From: an uncultured Candidatus Saccharibacteria bacterium
GTDB taxonomy: Bacteria; Patescibacteriota; Minisyncoccia; Phycocordibacterales; CAIZLB01
Direction of reading: 5' to 3'
Assembly (NCBI GenBank): GCA_964520545.1
Contig: CAZFOD010000001.1
Location: forward strand, 4,752-55,968
Length of the DNA: 51,217 nt
Part shown: piece after piece, positions 40,326 to 50,290 of the stretch
Numbering within the stretch: the stretch's first letter is position 1
How the letters are laid out: each line of letters starts with the position of its first letter
Made by a program: the position numbers and the translations under genes
The notes under the pieces: generated by a model
Databases searched by the model: none
The model's input: only the letters and a program-made list of their open reading frames with translations
Told to the model about the DNA's origin: nothing

Positions 40326-41800
40326 TTTATATGGTGCTTTTGTTTGATGGAATCTATTTCCGCTTCCTCTAAGGTGTCTTTAGCCTGTTTCCCCGCCTCG
40401 GCTTTTGTTTTAAGTTCAGTATCATCTAGCTTATTAAGCTCCATCGCCATTTCTTTCAGCTTCTCTTCTGTGTTCAGTGCGGGGTTTTCGAGTACATCCT
40501 CCAAGAGTGCGTGCAATATCCATCCAATTCTAGGACCTGGTTGCATTTGTAACACCTCCATCAGTCCTTTACCGTCAAGCTTGAGCATTCCAACTGAAAT
40601 AGGATCTCTCATGGCTTCTTCTATCATAGCTTTGTACTGTCGTAGTCTGTATGGGTTTTCTTTAGGCCTTCCTGTTCCTATTCTGTCGCATGCGCGAAGA
40701 TTCATGAGATCCCATATATTCTCCTTTCCAACATTTACAATCATTCTACGGACAGCAGAGAGGCTTATTTGCTCTGTGTCAGAGAAGAACATGTGCCATC
40801 GCACTAGTTTTACAACAAGATCAATGGTTTTTCGGGGATATTTGAGATTCTCAAGTATCTTTTTTGTCATTCTTGCACCTACCACCTCATGACCATAGAA
40901 AGTTACATCCCCTTTTTCTGGTGAAAATCGGCAAGTAGCTGGCTTCCCTATGTCGTGTAACAAAGCAGCTAGTCGTATCTCCAAGGCCCACCCCTTATCT
41001 GCGGCGTGCTGGAGACTCCTTAGAAGATGTTCAAATACATCGTAAGAGTGAGCTTGATTTTGTTTCATATGTAACCCTTGCTCGAGTTCAGGTGCTATGT
41101 ACGGAAGAATTCCCATCTTTTGGGCCACAACCAGTGCAATCATGGGTGTATCCGACATGATGAGCTTCGTGAATTCGTCTCGAATTCGTTCTTTTGCAAC
41201 CTTTGAAAGCATTGTTATGTGGCTTAGAATGGCCTTTTCGGTGTCTACGTTAATCATGAAACCAAGTTCCGCAGCCAACCTTATTGCCCTCATAATTCTT
41301 AGCCCGTCTTCATTAAATCTCTCCCCTGCATCCCCTACTGCTCTGATTGTCTTTGTCTTAATGTCAGCTTGTCCGTTATATGGGTCAACAATCTGTCCAT
41401 TAGACGGATCGTATGCAATAGCATTCATGGTGAAATCACGTCTTTTAAGGTCATCAAGTATATTCTTACTGAAAGTTACCTGGTCAGGATGACGGCCGTC
41501 ACTGTATGCGCTTTCTAATCTGTAAGGAGTTACCTCAATTATTTCCTCATTATCCCCTTCTTGAATCACCACCCCAACGGTTCCAAAGGAGTTTTCATAG
41601 AAAGTCTTGGTAAATAGCGGGATAATTTGCTCCGGTGTGGCATTTGTGGTCACATCCCAGTCTTTAGGTTTCTTCCCCCGAAGTATGTCTCGGACACATC
41701 CTCCAACCAAAAAAGCCTCAAAACCAGCGTTTTTGAGAGCAAATGTTACTTGTGTAACATTGGTTGGAATGGAAATGTCATTGAAAACCCCTTTATTCAT
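40322..41800 (-). CDS. cca: CCA tRNA nucleotidyltransferase with HD domain
   Basis: VGGCVRD, KDWDVTT, DLKRRDFTMNA, ED.LRIMRA, LLHDIGK. Confidence 0.9.
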   Translation of the reverse strand: MNKGVFNDISIPTNVTQVTFALKNAGFEAFLVGGCVRDILRGKKPKDWDVTTNATPEQIIPLFTKTFYENSFGTVGVVIQEGDNEEIIEVTPYRLESAYSDGRHPDQVTFSKNILDDLKRRDFTMNAIAYDPSNGQIVDPYNGQADIKTKTIRAVGDAGERFNEDGLRIMRAIRLAAELGFMINVDTEKAILSHITMLSKVAKERIRDEFTKLIMSDTPMIALVVAQKMGILPYIAPELEQGLHMKQNQAHSYDVFEHLLRSLQHAADKGWALEIRLAALLHDIGKPATCRFSPEKGDVTFYGHEVVGARMTKKILENLKYPRKTIDLVVKLVRWHMFFSDTEQISLSAVRRMIVNVGKENIWDLMNLRACDRIGTGRPKENPYRLRQYKAMIEEAMRDPISVGMLKLDGKGLMEVLQMQPGPRIGWILHALLEDVLENPALNTEEKLKEMAMELNKLDDTELKTKAEAGKQAKDTLEEAEIDSIKQKHHIK

Positions 41801-41859
41801 GGGCTCATTCTAGTATATGTTTTGATTTTTAGCCATTTGTAATGTATGATGCTCTCACT

Positions 41860-41931
41860 GCACCTATGGTGAAATGGATATCACAACGGTCTTCGGAACC
41901 GTTATTCTAGGTTCGAATCCTGGTAGGTGCA
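41860..41931 (+). tRNA. tRNA-Arg(UCG)
   Basis: cloverleaf; anticodon arm ACGGT-CTTCGGA-ACCGT; GGTTCGAATCC; CCA not encoded. Confidence 0.93.
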
Positions 41932-42025
41932 CAAGTTGCAATCAAGCGGTGGGTGTATTGCGTGTTGGTTTTGCAACGATATGTTATAGTGTTCAGCGTT
42001 CAGGCGGTAATTAACAGTCGAATAT

Positions 42026-42096
42026 GCGGGTATGGTTTAGTGGTAGAATGCGTCCTTGCCAAGGACGAGACGAGAGTTCGATTCTCTCTACCCGCA
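42026..42096 (+). tRNA. tRNA-Gly(GCC)
   Basis: GCGGGTA/TACCCGC acceptor; CGTCC-TTGCCAA-GGACG; CCA not encoded. Confidence 0.95.
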
Positions 42097-42100
42097 CATG

Positions 42101-42136
42101 TGAAAAAGACAGGGTCAAATGATCCTGTCTTTTTCA
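42101..42136 (+). terminator. terminator after tRNA-Gly
   Basis: TGAAAAAGACAGGGTC-aaat-GATCCTGTCTTTTTCA. Confidence 0.8.
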
Positions 42137-42716
42137 TTGGGTAAATTTTAAGGCGAAAAGCAGAAGATTTTGAGGTTTCTAGAGGAGAAATATGAGTACT
42201 AGTTTTGCACACAACTGTGGATAACTAGGTGGATATGTGTATAAAAGACAATTTTAGCTGTCTAATAAAAATATGGGATTTTTGGCAGTTTTCGCCAAAT
42301 ACGGCTAGCATTATGGTTTAAAACAAAAAGACTGTAACAAAATTAGTCTTATATTGCATAATCAATAGTTTCACGTGCCACACTCTCGAAAGGGTATTCT
42401 CGCGTTACACGTTTAACATCTTTTTAATAAAGGGCTTAAATTATAGGCATCATAATTTTCTACGGCTTTATGTATTTTGTGAATGTTATTTATGAAACCA
42501 AATTTGATCTACTTTCGTACTTTATTTGGAGCTTCTTGTTAGACGGGGGAGTGATCTCCTAGATTATGAGATAAAAGGACACATTTACTATTGGATGGGG
42601 GATATGGGTTATTCGTTTATATATAAATTCTGTGCATGGAGGAGCATCGGCTCCAATTTATTGAGCCCCTAGTAATTGTGTGCTAAGCTACGGCTCTAGA
42701 TTTGAATTCTAGATAA

Positions 42717-42792
42717 CGGGGTGTGGTGTAACGGCTAACATGCTTCACTTGGGCTGAAGTGACTCCGGGTTCGAATCCCGGCACCCCGACCA
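42717..42792 (+). tRNA. tRNA-Pro(UGG)
   Basis: CGGGGTG/CACCCCG; CTTCA-CTTGGGC-TGAAG; CCA encoded. Confidence 0.95.
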
Positions 42793-42830
42793 GTTTTTGG
42801 TAACTTTATAGGTATAACCTAATCAGTCTC

Positions 42831-43154
42831 GTGCAAATATCACGGTTTAAAAGGAAACAAGAGGACTTTGTTTGTGAACACTGTGGCGTTCATGTTGTTG
42901 GTAATGGATATACGAACCACTGCCCAAATTGCCTTTGGAGTAAGCATGTAGACGTAAACCCAGGGGATAGGGCGTCAGAATGTAAGGGTATGATGAAGCC
43001 TGTTGGTGCCGACGGTACGACTAATAACTACAGCATTTTGAATAAATGCATTGTTTGTGGGTATGAAAAGAGGAATAAGTGTGCAAAGGATGACAATATG
43101 GATGTCTTTTTTGCAATTATTGCTGAAAAAATAGCTGAGCAGAGCCGTCGATAA
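42831..43154 (+). CDS. RNHCP domain protein
   Basis: F.CEHCG, NHCPNCLWSKHVD..PGDRAS.C.G.M. Confidence 0.85.
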   Translation: MQISRFKRKQEDFVCEHCGVHVVGNGYTNHCPNCLWSKHVDVNPGDRASECKGMMKPVGADGTTNNYSILNKCIVCGYEKRNKCAKDDNMDVFFAIIAEKIAEQSRR

Positions 43155-44319
43155 GCTTTTGTATTAAATCTAGTCGGTTGTGTTCAAACTGAGAGGCGAT
43201 AGTCTGGGTACTCTGAGAGATATATGAATTTAGGCTTCTTCCTGTGTCTTTTAAGACGACAGAGTTGATGTGTGCAATTGAAAGCCCTCGAGCATGTTTA
43301 AAGAGGGGACTGTCTCCGCTTACGGTAGTTACGATTATCCCCGCTAACCTGTTTGATTTATCAAGCAGAGCTCCTCCCGAAGATCCGTGTTGAGCCTGAA
43401 GGCTGTCGCTCGTTTCTATGAGATCCACTGATGTGCTTTGTGTGAAGCTGAATATATCGCTGACGCGGAGACGCTCAACTTGAACAGTCAGAGGTGCGTT
43501 GATGCCGCGGCTTGCTAGTGAGTCAGCGGGATATGAGGCGATTGATATAGTATCGTTCTTCTGTAATGCATCTGTCGATAGGGGGAGGTAGTTAAATTGC
43601 TTTGATACAGGATTTCCAGTTGCTTTATCGACAATTTGAAGTATCGCAATATCATTTTCACCTGTCTCTGCAAAATTTACCTGCGAGATATTGCGATAAT
43701 TTTGATATATCCAATCCCTAGATACAAAAAGTGTTTTTACTCCGTAGGTGTTATTGATTGGCGAGCCTGTTCTGATAAAACAATTTAAGTTTTTTGAAAC
43801 AGAGCTTCCTTGTAAGAGAGGGAACTGGCCTACGTGTGCATTTGTTAAAACAATACCTCGAGAGTCTATTACAACACCACTACCTGTAATTGCCTTAACG
43901 TTTCTACCTATCTGTACTGTGCAATATATATTTACAACCGAGCTCCTTAAGTCTTGATCATTATTAGTCTTTGCAACTACAGGTAAGTCGATATTTGGAA
44001 TGTTTATTGTTGGAACTTGAATCTTTGGAGTTATTGCTGGAGCTTCGATTGAATATTGAAATATTTTTTTGAAATTATAATCCAAACTCTTTACGGGAAG
44101 GATAGAAACTTTTTCAGGATAGTTTAAATATATTGGAATATATTTCTGTTTTGTTTTGGTTGATATTGTTTCTATATAGTCAGGAATCGAAATCTCTATA
44201 GTTTCAATTGGTGGGGGAATGGTTTCTACGTATTTGGGTGCTGGTGACGGGCTGAGGATGCCTGTGAGGCTGAAAAATAGGCTAAGAAGGCCTTTGCCGA
44301 GCGTTTGGTATAATGCCAT
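43117..44319 (-). CDS. trypsin-like (S1) serine protease, exported
   Basis: GSGVVI, LTNAHV, DIAIL, HGSSGG; start moved to ATG 44319. Confidence 0.85.
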   Translation of the reverse strand: MALYQTLGKGLLSLFFSLTGILSPSPAPKYVETIPPPIETIEISIPDYIETISTKTKQKYIPIYLNYPEKVSILPVKSLDYNFKKIFQYSIEAPAITPKIQVPTINIPNIDLPVVAKTNNDQDLRSSVVNIYCTVQIGRNVKAITGSGVVIDSRGIVLTNAHVGQFPLLQGSSVSKNLNCFIRTGSPINNTYGVKTLFVSRDWIYQNYRNISQVNFAETGENDIAILQIVDKATGNPVSKQFNYLPLSTDALQKNDTISIASYPADSLASRGINAPLTVQVERLRVSDIFSFTQSTSVDLIETSDSLQAQHGSSGGALLDKSNRLAGIIVTTVSGDSPLFKHARGLSIAHINSVVLKDTGRSLNSYISQSTQTIASQFEHNRLDLIQKLIDGSAQLFFQQ

Positions 44320-44398
44320 TTCGGGAGTATAGCAGATTTTCTCAAGCTCTGTTATAGTGTCTGAAGTTTCGTCTTTTACCAAGGGGTCTGGCGAACAT

Positions 44399-44469
44399 GC
44401 GGGATTAGTTTAATGGTAGAACTACAGTTTTCCAAACTGTTGGCGGGAGTTCGATTCTCCCATCCCGCA
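44399..44469 (+). tRNA. tRNA-Gly(UCC)
   Basis: GCGGGAT/ATCCCGC; ACAGT-TTTCCAA-ACTGT; CCA not encoded. Confidence 0.95.
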
Positions 44470-44477
44470 CATATAAA

Positions 44478-44783
44478 ATGATAAAAAGATCTGTTGAATT
44501 TAGAGGTGAAGTTGAAAGAGACGAAGGCACAAGGCAGATGTTGAATTTGGAAAGACAAGAAAAGATGAGGGAAATAAGAAATCTTGAAAGTGAAAAGGAA
44601 AAGATTTTCAACGATGTTCTTCAAAGTCAGGAGGAATTGGGAATGACAGGGGAGTTTGATGCTAATCATTCAGTTATTGTTTCTCGACTTGAACTTTTAG
44701 AAAGTAGATTCAAGGAGATAACAGAATTAACATTGGAGATGCATGAAAGACTCGAATGGATAAGTCGAGAGCTCGGAGAGTAA
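44478..44783 (+). CDS. hypothetical coiled-coil protein
   Basis: 101 aa E/R-rich ORF followed by a terminator. Confidence 0.55.
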   Translation: MIKRSVEFRGEVERDEGTRQMLNLERQEKMREIRNLESEKEKIFNDVLQSQEELGMTGEFDANHSVIVSRLELLESRFKEITELTLEMHERLEWISRELGE

Positions 44784-44826
44784 ACAAAACACCCGCTCAC
44801 GTCTTGCGACATGGCGGGTGTTTTGT
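44784..44826. terminator. bidirectional terminator
   Basis: ACAAAACACCCGC...GCGGGTGTTTTGT. Confidence 0.8.
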
Positions 44827-44870
44827 AAGTGGAATCAAGTGCGACTGATTAAGTATCAGCGCAGTTGAAA

Positions 44871-45143
44871 TTATCTAACCGCGTCCTTAAGAGCTTTAGC
44901 TGCTCGGAACTTTGGAACTCGCATAGCAGAAACCTGAATTGTTTCTCCTGTGCGTGGATTTCTTGCTGTTCGAGCTGCTCGCTGCTTCGCTGAGAAAATA
45001 CCGAGACCTGCGATAGAAACTTCATCGCCTTTTTTGAGCGTAGAAATAATCGCGTCGATGACGGTGTCAACGACCTGCTCAGCCTGAACTTTTGTTGTGC
45101 CGAGAACTTCGTTAACCTTCTCAACAATACCTGCTTTGTTCAT
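44871..45143 (-). CDS. hup: HU-family DNA-binding protein
   Basis: MNK..IV, GLGIF, RAARTARNPRTGE, PKFRA.K.LKDAV; start ATG 45143. Confidence 0.95.
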   Translation of the reverse strand: MNKAGIVEKVNEVLGTTKVQAEQVVDTVIDAIISTLKKGDEVSIAGLGIFSAKQRAARTARNPRTGETIQVSAMRVPKFRAAKALKDAVR

Positions 45144-45280
45144 GTTGGTGTGAAATGAATTGATTGGTAAAGGATTCGACCACCGTTTTCCTTGTTTATA
45201 ATTATATAGTAAGCCATATTTTGCCACAAGTGTCTTTTCAAACGTATTTATTTGTGTTGTCTGGCTTAGACGTGGAGTGT

Positions 45281-46813
45281 TTACCGAGCGAATTCAATTG
45301 CGCGGAGTTCTCGTACAACATTCACTTTGATTTCTCCTGGGTAGCGAAGGTCTTCCTGGATACGATTAGCTATATTTCTAGCCATATTTTTAGCCTCGAG
45401 GTCTGTTACTTTCTCTGGGAAAACGAATACTCGAACCTCTCGTCCTGCTTGGAGGGCGTAGGACTTATCTACCCCAGGGAAGGAGTTAGCTATTTGTTCG
45501 AGCTCAGCAAGGCGCTTGAGGTAGTTTTCAATACTATCCTTTCTGGCGCCAGGGCGTCCTCCTGAAATTGCGTCCGCAGTCTGAACAATCCTTGATTCAA
45601 GAGTTTCATAAGGATATTCCTCATGATGAGCCTGCATTGCCTTAATAATCTCTTGGCTTGCACCGAATTTTTCAAGTATTCTACGACCAATTTCAACATG
45701 AGTCCCTGTTACTTCATGATCTACTGCCTTTCCGATGTCATGGAGAAGTGCACCGGCTTTTGCAACTCCAATGTTGGCACCAAGCTCTTCTGCAATCATT
45801 CCTGCGATGTGAGCACACTCGATTGAGTGTTGGAGTACATTCTGTCCATAACTTGTTCGATAGTGAAGTCGTCCTAGGATAGCTACGATTCGAGGATCAA
45901 GTTGGAGTACACCTGTTTCGTAAACAGCCTGCTCTCCTTTTTCTTTGATTACCTTATTAACTTCTTCTTTTGCACGTTCAACTTCTTTTTCAATCTTTGC
46001 AGGTTGGATGCGACCATCTGCGATGAGTGCTTCAAGTGCCATACGTGCAATCTGTCTTCGAATTGGATCGAAGCATGAAATAGTTATTGCTCCAGGAGTA
46101 TCATCTACAACTACTTCTACACCAGTCTCACGTTCAAACGCTTTAATGTTTCTTCCTTCTTTGCCGATAATTTTTCCTTTTACTTCATCAGAGGTAATAG
46201 CGACATGTGTTGTGAACATGTCAGATGAAACAGAACTCGCAAGGCGTTGAATTGTCGTAGTAAGTATTTCTTTCGCACGAGATTCAAGCTTTTCTTCTGA
46301 GAATGTTTCAAGTTTATGCATTCGTTCAAGAAGATCTTTTTCTCCATTTGTTTCAATCTTTTTAACCAACTCTTCTTTTGCTTGTTCTCTTGAGAGGGAA
46401 GCGATACGTTCTAATTCTTTCTGTAGTGTTTCAGCAGAAGCATCAATCTTCTCCTTGATAGTCTTAATTTCAGCTATGCGGCTTTTTACATCCTCTACAT
46501 CCTTGTCGATTTCACCTTGTCTCTTGTCTAGAAAATCTTCTTTCTTAATAACGCGATCCTCTGCTTTTTTTATTGTTTCTTCTCTCACTTTCATTTCCTC
46601 ACGAGCTGATTTGAGAGTTTCAGCTGCTTTCTCTTCTGCCTCGAGGGTTATCTGCTTAGCTTTCTCGTTTGCATTCACCATCATCTCTTTGATGTTGAGC
46701 TCTATAGAGCCTTTTTTTCCAAGTGCAACAAGTATGCGGAGCACATATCCAAACGCGAGACCAATGCTCCCCATGAATGCTGCGATGAGGAGGACGGTTT
46801 GTAATGGAATCAT
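45281..46813 (-). CDS. rny: ribonuclease Y
   Basis: N-terminal TM, coiled coil, KH (KGKIIGKEGRNI), HD (LLHDIGKA), RTSYGQNVL. Confidence 0.96.
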   Translation of the reverse strand: MIPLQTVLLIAAFMGSIGLAFGYVLRILVALGKKGSIELNIKEMMVNANEKAKQITLEAEEKAAETLKSAREEMKVREETIKKAEDRVIKKEDFLDKRQGEIDKDVEDVKSRIAEIKTIKEKIDASAETLQKELERIASLSREQAKEELVKKIETNGEKDLLERMHKLETFSEEKLESRAKEILTTTIQRLASSVSSDMFTTHVAITSDEVKGKIIGKEGRNIKAFERETGVEVVVDDTPGAITISCFDPIRRQIARMALEALIADGRIQPAKIEKEVERAKEEVNKVIKEKGEQAVYETGVLQLDPRIVAILGRLHYRTSYGQNVLQHSIECAHIAGMIAEELGANIGVAKAGALLHDIGKAVDHEVTGTHVEIGRRILEKFGASQEIIKAMQAHHEEYPYETLESRIVQTADAISGGRPGARKDSIENYLKRLAELEQIANSFPGVDKSYALQAGREVRVFVFPEKVTDLEAKNMARNIANRIQEDLRYPGEIKVNVVRELRAIEFAR

Positions 46814-46822
46814 GTTATTTTA

Positions 46823-47392
46823 TTAGAGTACTTTGTCGATGATGCCGTACTTCTTTCCTTCGTCTGCTGACATGAAGAAGTCGCGATCAATATCTTTTTC
46901 GACTTTTGCGAGAGGCTGACCTGTATTCTGTGACATTATTTTCGCTAGATTAGCACGGAGCTTGAGAATATTTTTAGCACGAATCTCAATATCTGTAGCT
47001 TGTCCCTCAGCACCCCCAAGAGGTTGGTGGATCATTATCTCAGAATTAGGAAGCGCAAAACGCTTTCCCTTTGTGCCGGCTGATAGGAGCCATGCACCGC
47101 CTGAAGCTGCGAGTCCGACACAAATTGTCGACACATCGTTTTTAATGTGTTTGATGGTATCCATCATGGCAAGAGTTGCAGTTGCTGATCCGCCAGGAGA
47201 ATTAATATATAGCTGAATATCTTTCTTTGAATCCTCTGATTCGAGGAAGAGTAGTTGAGCGATTACGATGTTTGCGACATTGTCGTCAATAGGTCCGCCG
47301 AGGAAAATGATGTTGTCTCGGAGTAGTCGGGAGTAGATGTCGTATGCTCGTTCGCCGAACTGTGATTTTTCAATGACTGTTGGTATAAGCAT
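46823..47392 (-). CDS. clpP: ATP-dependent Clp protease proteolytic subunit
   Basis: [31 protein letters not shown]. Confidence 0.96.
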   Translation of the reverse strand: MLIPTVIEKSQFGERAYDIYSRLLRDNIIFLGGPIDDNVANIVIAQLLFLESEDSKKDIQLYINSPGGSATATLAMMDTIKHIKNDVSTICVGLAASGGAWLLSAGTKGKRFALPNSEIMIHQPLGGAEGQATDIEIRAKNILKLRANLAKIMSQNTGQPLAKVEKDIDRDFFMSADEGKKYGIIDKVL

Positions 47393-47511
47393 GGGAAGTG
47401 TGTTAATTTTTAGAGTATCTTCAGATAGTCGGAAAAGGTCTGAATTTCAGTATTTTCACTATATAATACTTTTATCCAATAATCTAGTTTTTGCTTCTAT
47501 TTAGCCATTTT

Positions 47512-48222
47512 ATGAGACTTCATCGTTTTTATCTGCCAGAGGAGATAGGGAAAAAAGAGACTGTTAAAATTGACGATTCTAAGCTAATGCATCAATGGAG
47601 AAGCGTTTTTCGATATACCACAGGTGCTCAACTCATCCTTTTTGATGGTAGCGGGTTCGAATATTGGGGGGTTATTGATCAGATTAACCCAAATTTCGCA
47701 CATGTTCGGATTATGGACTCCAAAAAAGAGGAAAAATCCCTTAAAAATGAAGCTTTGAGCGTTTGGATTGCCGCTGCGCTCATAAAAAACGATAACTTTG
47801 ATTGGATCCTGCAAAAAACGACCGAATTAGGTGTTTCTGGGATTCTTCCAATTCTGGCTGAAAGAACCGTTAAAAAGAACCTAAATATGGAGAGATCGGT
47901 TCGAATTGTCCAAGAAGCGGCTGAACAGAGCGGTAGATTGGATGTTCCTACGGTTTCGGAACCTCGAAGTATTAAAGAAGTCCTTGAAGGATTTGATGGA
48001 AAGGTCATTGTTTGCCAGGGCGGTGAAGATTCAAAGCAATTTTCTAAGAAAATGCTACCAAAAGAGGGTAAGGTCATGTTTATTATCGGTCCAGAAGGCG
48101 GCTGGTCACCTAAGGAGTTGGAGTTTTTTGGTACGAAGAAGTATACCCAAGTATCTATTGGGAAAAATGTGCTGCGAGCGGAGACCGCGGCAATAGTCGT
48201 TTCTGCTTTGACGTTAATCTAG
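47512..48222 (+). CDS. rsmE: 16S rRNA m3U1498 methyltransferase
   Basis: QKTTELGV, EAAEQSGR, IGPEGGWS, VLRAETAA. Confidence 0.93.
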   Translation: MRLHRFYLPEEIGKKETVKIDDSKLMHQWRSVFRYTTGAQLILFDGSGFEYWGVIDQINPNFAHVRIMDSKKEEKSLKNEALSVWIAAALIKNDNFDWILQKTTELGVSGILPILAERTVKKNLNMERSVRIVQEAAEQSGRLDVPTVSEPRSIKEVLEGFDGKVIVCQGGEDSKQFSKKMLPKEGKVMFIIGPEGGWSPKELEFFGTKKYTQVSIGKNVLRAETAAIVVSALTLI

Positions 48223-48609
48223 TTTCGGCTCGTCTTTGTTGTCTTCATCGTCATTTGGCCAAGCGTCATGAGGAATTAGATCAGGGTTGACTCTCATCTT
48301 ATTCATTATCTCATCTAGTTCCTGTTGTGTATCGGCATGCCCATCGCTGTTTGGTTGAGTCATTAAGGTCCAGCATTTAACTGCACCTGCCTTGTACCAG
48401 TCATCTGCAGATTGTATCTCGGTTCTAGTTTTTCCTTCTACAGCCCCTGGTGTTATTAAATCAAAATGTTTCTTCTGGTCCCTCCATCCTTGTGTATATT
48501 TTTCTAAATCTCCAGCTCTTTCGTCAGACAGTAAGACTCTTGGTACTAAAATACCATTATGAGGCGTAAGTTCGAAGGGATTCTGTTCTTTTGGTTGTTC
48601 CATGTGCAT
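48214..48609 (-). CDS. hypothetical protein
   Basis: 131 aa ORF filling the gap, protein-like composition. Confidence 0.55.
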   Translation of the reverse strand: MHMEQPKEQNPFELTPHNGILVPRVLLSDERAGDLEKYTQGWRDQKKHFDLITPGAVEGKTRTEIQSADDWYKAGAVKCWTLMTQPNSDGHADTQQELDEIMNKMRVNPDLIPHDAWPNDDEDNKDEPKLD

Positions 48610-48675
48610 ATATTTGTAGAGTTTATTATTTGCTAGGATTATATCATTAATATATTGTGGTGATATAATTCAACC

Positions 48676-49428
48676 ATGTTAGAAAAATATCTCCAAGAAA
48701 TTGGTTTGGCGGAAAAAGAGGCAGCTGTATATGCGGCTTTACTCCAAGTCGAGAATGATTCCGTACTTGATATTGCAAAGAAGACAAAGATAAATAGGAC
48801 AACAATATACCCAGTACTTGAATCTTTGGCCAAGAAAGGACTTATAAGTGAAGTTAAGGTAGATAAGAAAATACGTTTTCAGGCTGAACCGCCAGAGCGA
48901 TTAGAGACCTATGTTGAGCGCCAGAAAGTGGTGTTGAACGAACAAGGACGAAGATTGAAGGATATTATACCGCAACTCAAGAGTGTGCAGAGAGAGGTTG
49001 GCGAGCGACCAGTTGTTAAATATTTTGAAGGGCGTGAGGGAATCATCAGTTCACTTGAAGATTTCTTCAGTACGAATGATGAGGGGGGAGAAGCTTACCT
49101 ACTATACTCAAAAGACCTATTGCAGGGATTATTTACTGAAAAGGAGCAGGAAAAGTTTAGATCGCTAAGATTAAAACAACATATTAAAACAAAGGTTTTA
49201 TATACAACAGCCGGTATTGAAAGACCCTCTGATAATATGGGTCAAAGGATAAGAATTGATGGCAAAAAATATCCGATTTCGTGTGATATCAGTATTTACA
49301 AAGATAGGGTACGTATTAATACGCTCGGTAAGTCATTGTCTGGTATCTATATATTAAGCCAGGATCTAGCAGATACTTTAAGAAGTTTGTTCGATATAGC
49401 GTTTGATCAGCTAAAGAAGGAGGAATAA
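48676..49428 (+). CDS. TrmB-family transcriptional regulator
   Basis: GL.EKEA.VY.ALL, INRTTIY..LE.L.KKGLI winged HTH, P.VKYFEG.EGI. Confidence 0.88.
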   Translation: MLEKYLQEIGLAEKEAAVYAALLQVENDSVLDIAKKTKINRTTIYPVLESLAKKGLISEVKVDKKIRFQAEPPERLETYVERQKVVLNEQGRRLKDIIPQLKSVQREVGERPVVKYFEGREGIISSLEDFFSTNDEGGEAYLLYSKDLLQGLFTEKEQEKFRSLRLKQHIKTKVLYTTAGIERPSDNMGQRIRIDGKKYPISCDISIYKDRVRINTLGKSLSGIYILSQDLADTLRSLFDIAFDQLKKEE

Positions 49429-49431
49429 TAC

Positions 49432-49475
49432 AAAAAAGGGCCCCGGATCGTCATGCGACGGTCCGGGGCTTTTTT
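49432..49475. terminator. bidirectional terminator
   Basis: A6-gg-GCCCCGGATCGTC-atgc-GACGGTCCGGGGC-T6. Confidence 0.85.
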
Positions 49476-49869
49476 GATTGCAACGCGGCCAGACAAGATT
49501 GGCAAGGCAGCGTCGAATGCTATTTTGGTGAGAAGTCCCATTCCGCCACATGCTGAGCAGGGGGCGAATGACTTTCCACTGATGACAAACGCGATTGGTC
49601 CTTTGACCTTCGCAATACTAACTTATTCAGTCGCCCATGGTGTGGGTTCCTTTCGGTTTGGTTTCTTTACTGCACAACTTCCTTCCAGAATGCGTCGGCT
49701 AAACTTTGGTGCTTGGCACCGCCCTCTAGCCCTATGATCAGGCTTGAGGGCGGTGCTTTCGCTCCCGCAGATCAGTCGATCATAGACACCTCCTGGTTGG
49801 TTGTTGTTTCGGTCCTAGTCATTTCAAGGAAAGCTGGTTTTGACACCGACTCTCCATAACTGACCTCTG
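49432..49869 (-). ncRNA. candidate 440-nt structured RNA carrying two 3-codon minigenes
   Basis: bounded by promoter 49904-49876 and terminator 49432-49475; 5' hairpin; 11-bp stem 49716-49756; no credible long ORF. Confidence 0.55.
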
Positions 49870-49875
49870 CAGGCT

Positions 49876-49904
49876 ATGATAGCAGATATCGGCTATTCTG
49901 TCAA
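49876..49904 (-). promoter_or_regulatory. sigma70 promoter TTGACA-N17-TATCAT
   Basis: tgtcaa 49899-49904 and atgata 49876-49881 on the + strand. Confidence 0.7.
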
Positions 49905-50142
49905 GCAAAAGTGACAATACCTGTAATATAGCTATATTTATCAACGTAAAAACCTTATTTATGGGCTTCTAGTGCACCATCAGCACGTTTTTTAGCATTT
50001 ACGTAATATTTTTATTACAAAACTATCTTTATTTATGTCAATTAACAGTCGGTTAAGTTGAACACGTTTTACATACTGCATCGGTTTTAGCCCTTAATAT
50101 AAGGGTTTCTCTGTTTTACGAAATAGAAAATGTCAAAACGGC

Positions 50143-50170
50143 TTGACAAAATATTGAAAATGCATATAAT
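50143..50170 (+). promoter_or_regulatory. consensus sigma70 promoter TTGACA-N16-TATAAT
   Basis: both hexamers are perfect. Confidence 0.75.
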
Positions 50171-50290
50171 ATCCAACAGATAGTTTGAAATAGCAAGTTT
50201 GCTTCCATCTGAATCACTTATGAATAGGTGGCTCTGACGGGAGCAAAACGTTCCTAAAACAAAAAACAACCAACCTAGAAAGGAGTAAAT

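Noticed and set aside
42192-42224. SD-led micro-ORF MSTSFAHNCG
   Set aside because: Overlaps the DnaA-box cluster; no other support
192-48833. Many short overlapping antisense ORFs in the track (e.g. 23615..24235, 29998..30702, 20102..20632)
   Set aside because: Shadows of well-supported genes on the opposite strand
49453-49737. 94-aa + strand ORF
   Set aside because: Starts inside a terminator loop; antisense to the - strand RNA; no SD or motif
49772-49783. UGA as Gly (code 25) or selenocysteine
   Set aside because: rnpA ends in TGA overlapping the yidC start, long genes lack internal TGA, and no sel genes are visible
50232-50262. Possible second hammerhead (CTGACGG-GAGC...GTTC-CTAAAAC)
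   Set aside because: Lacks the A of CUGANGA and the GAAA strand; the bases fit the 5' hairpin better, so there is no support for two-ribozyme circularisation within the window
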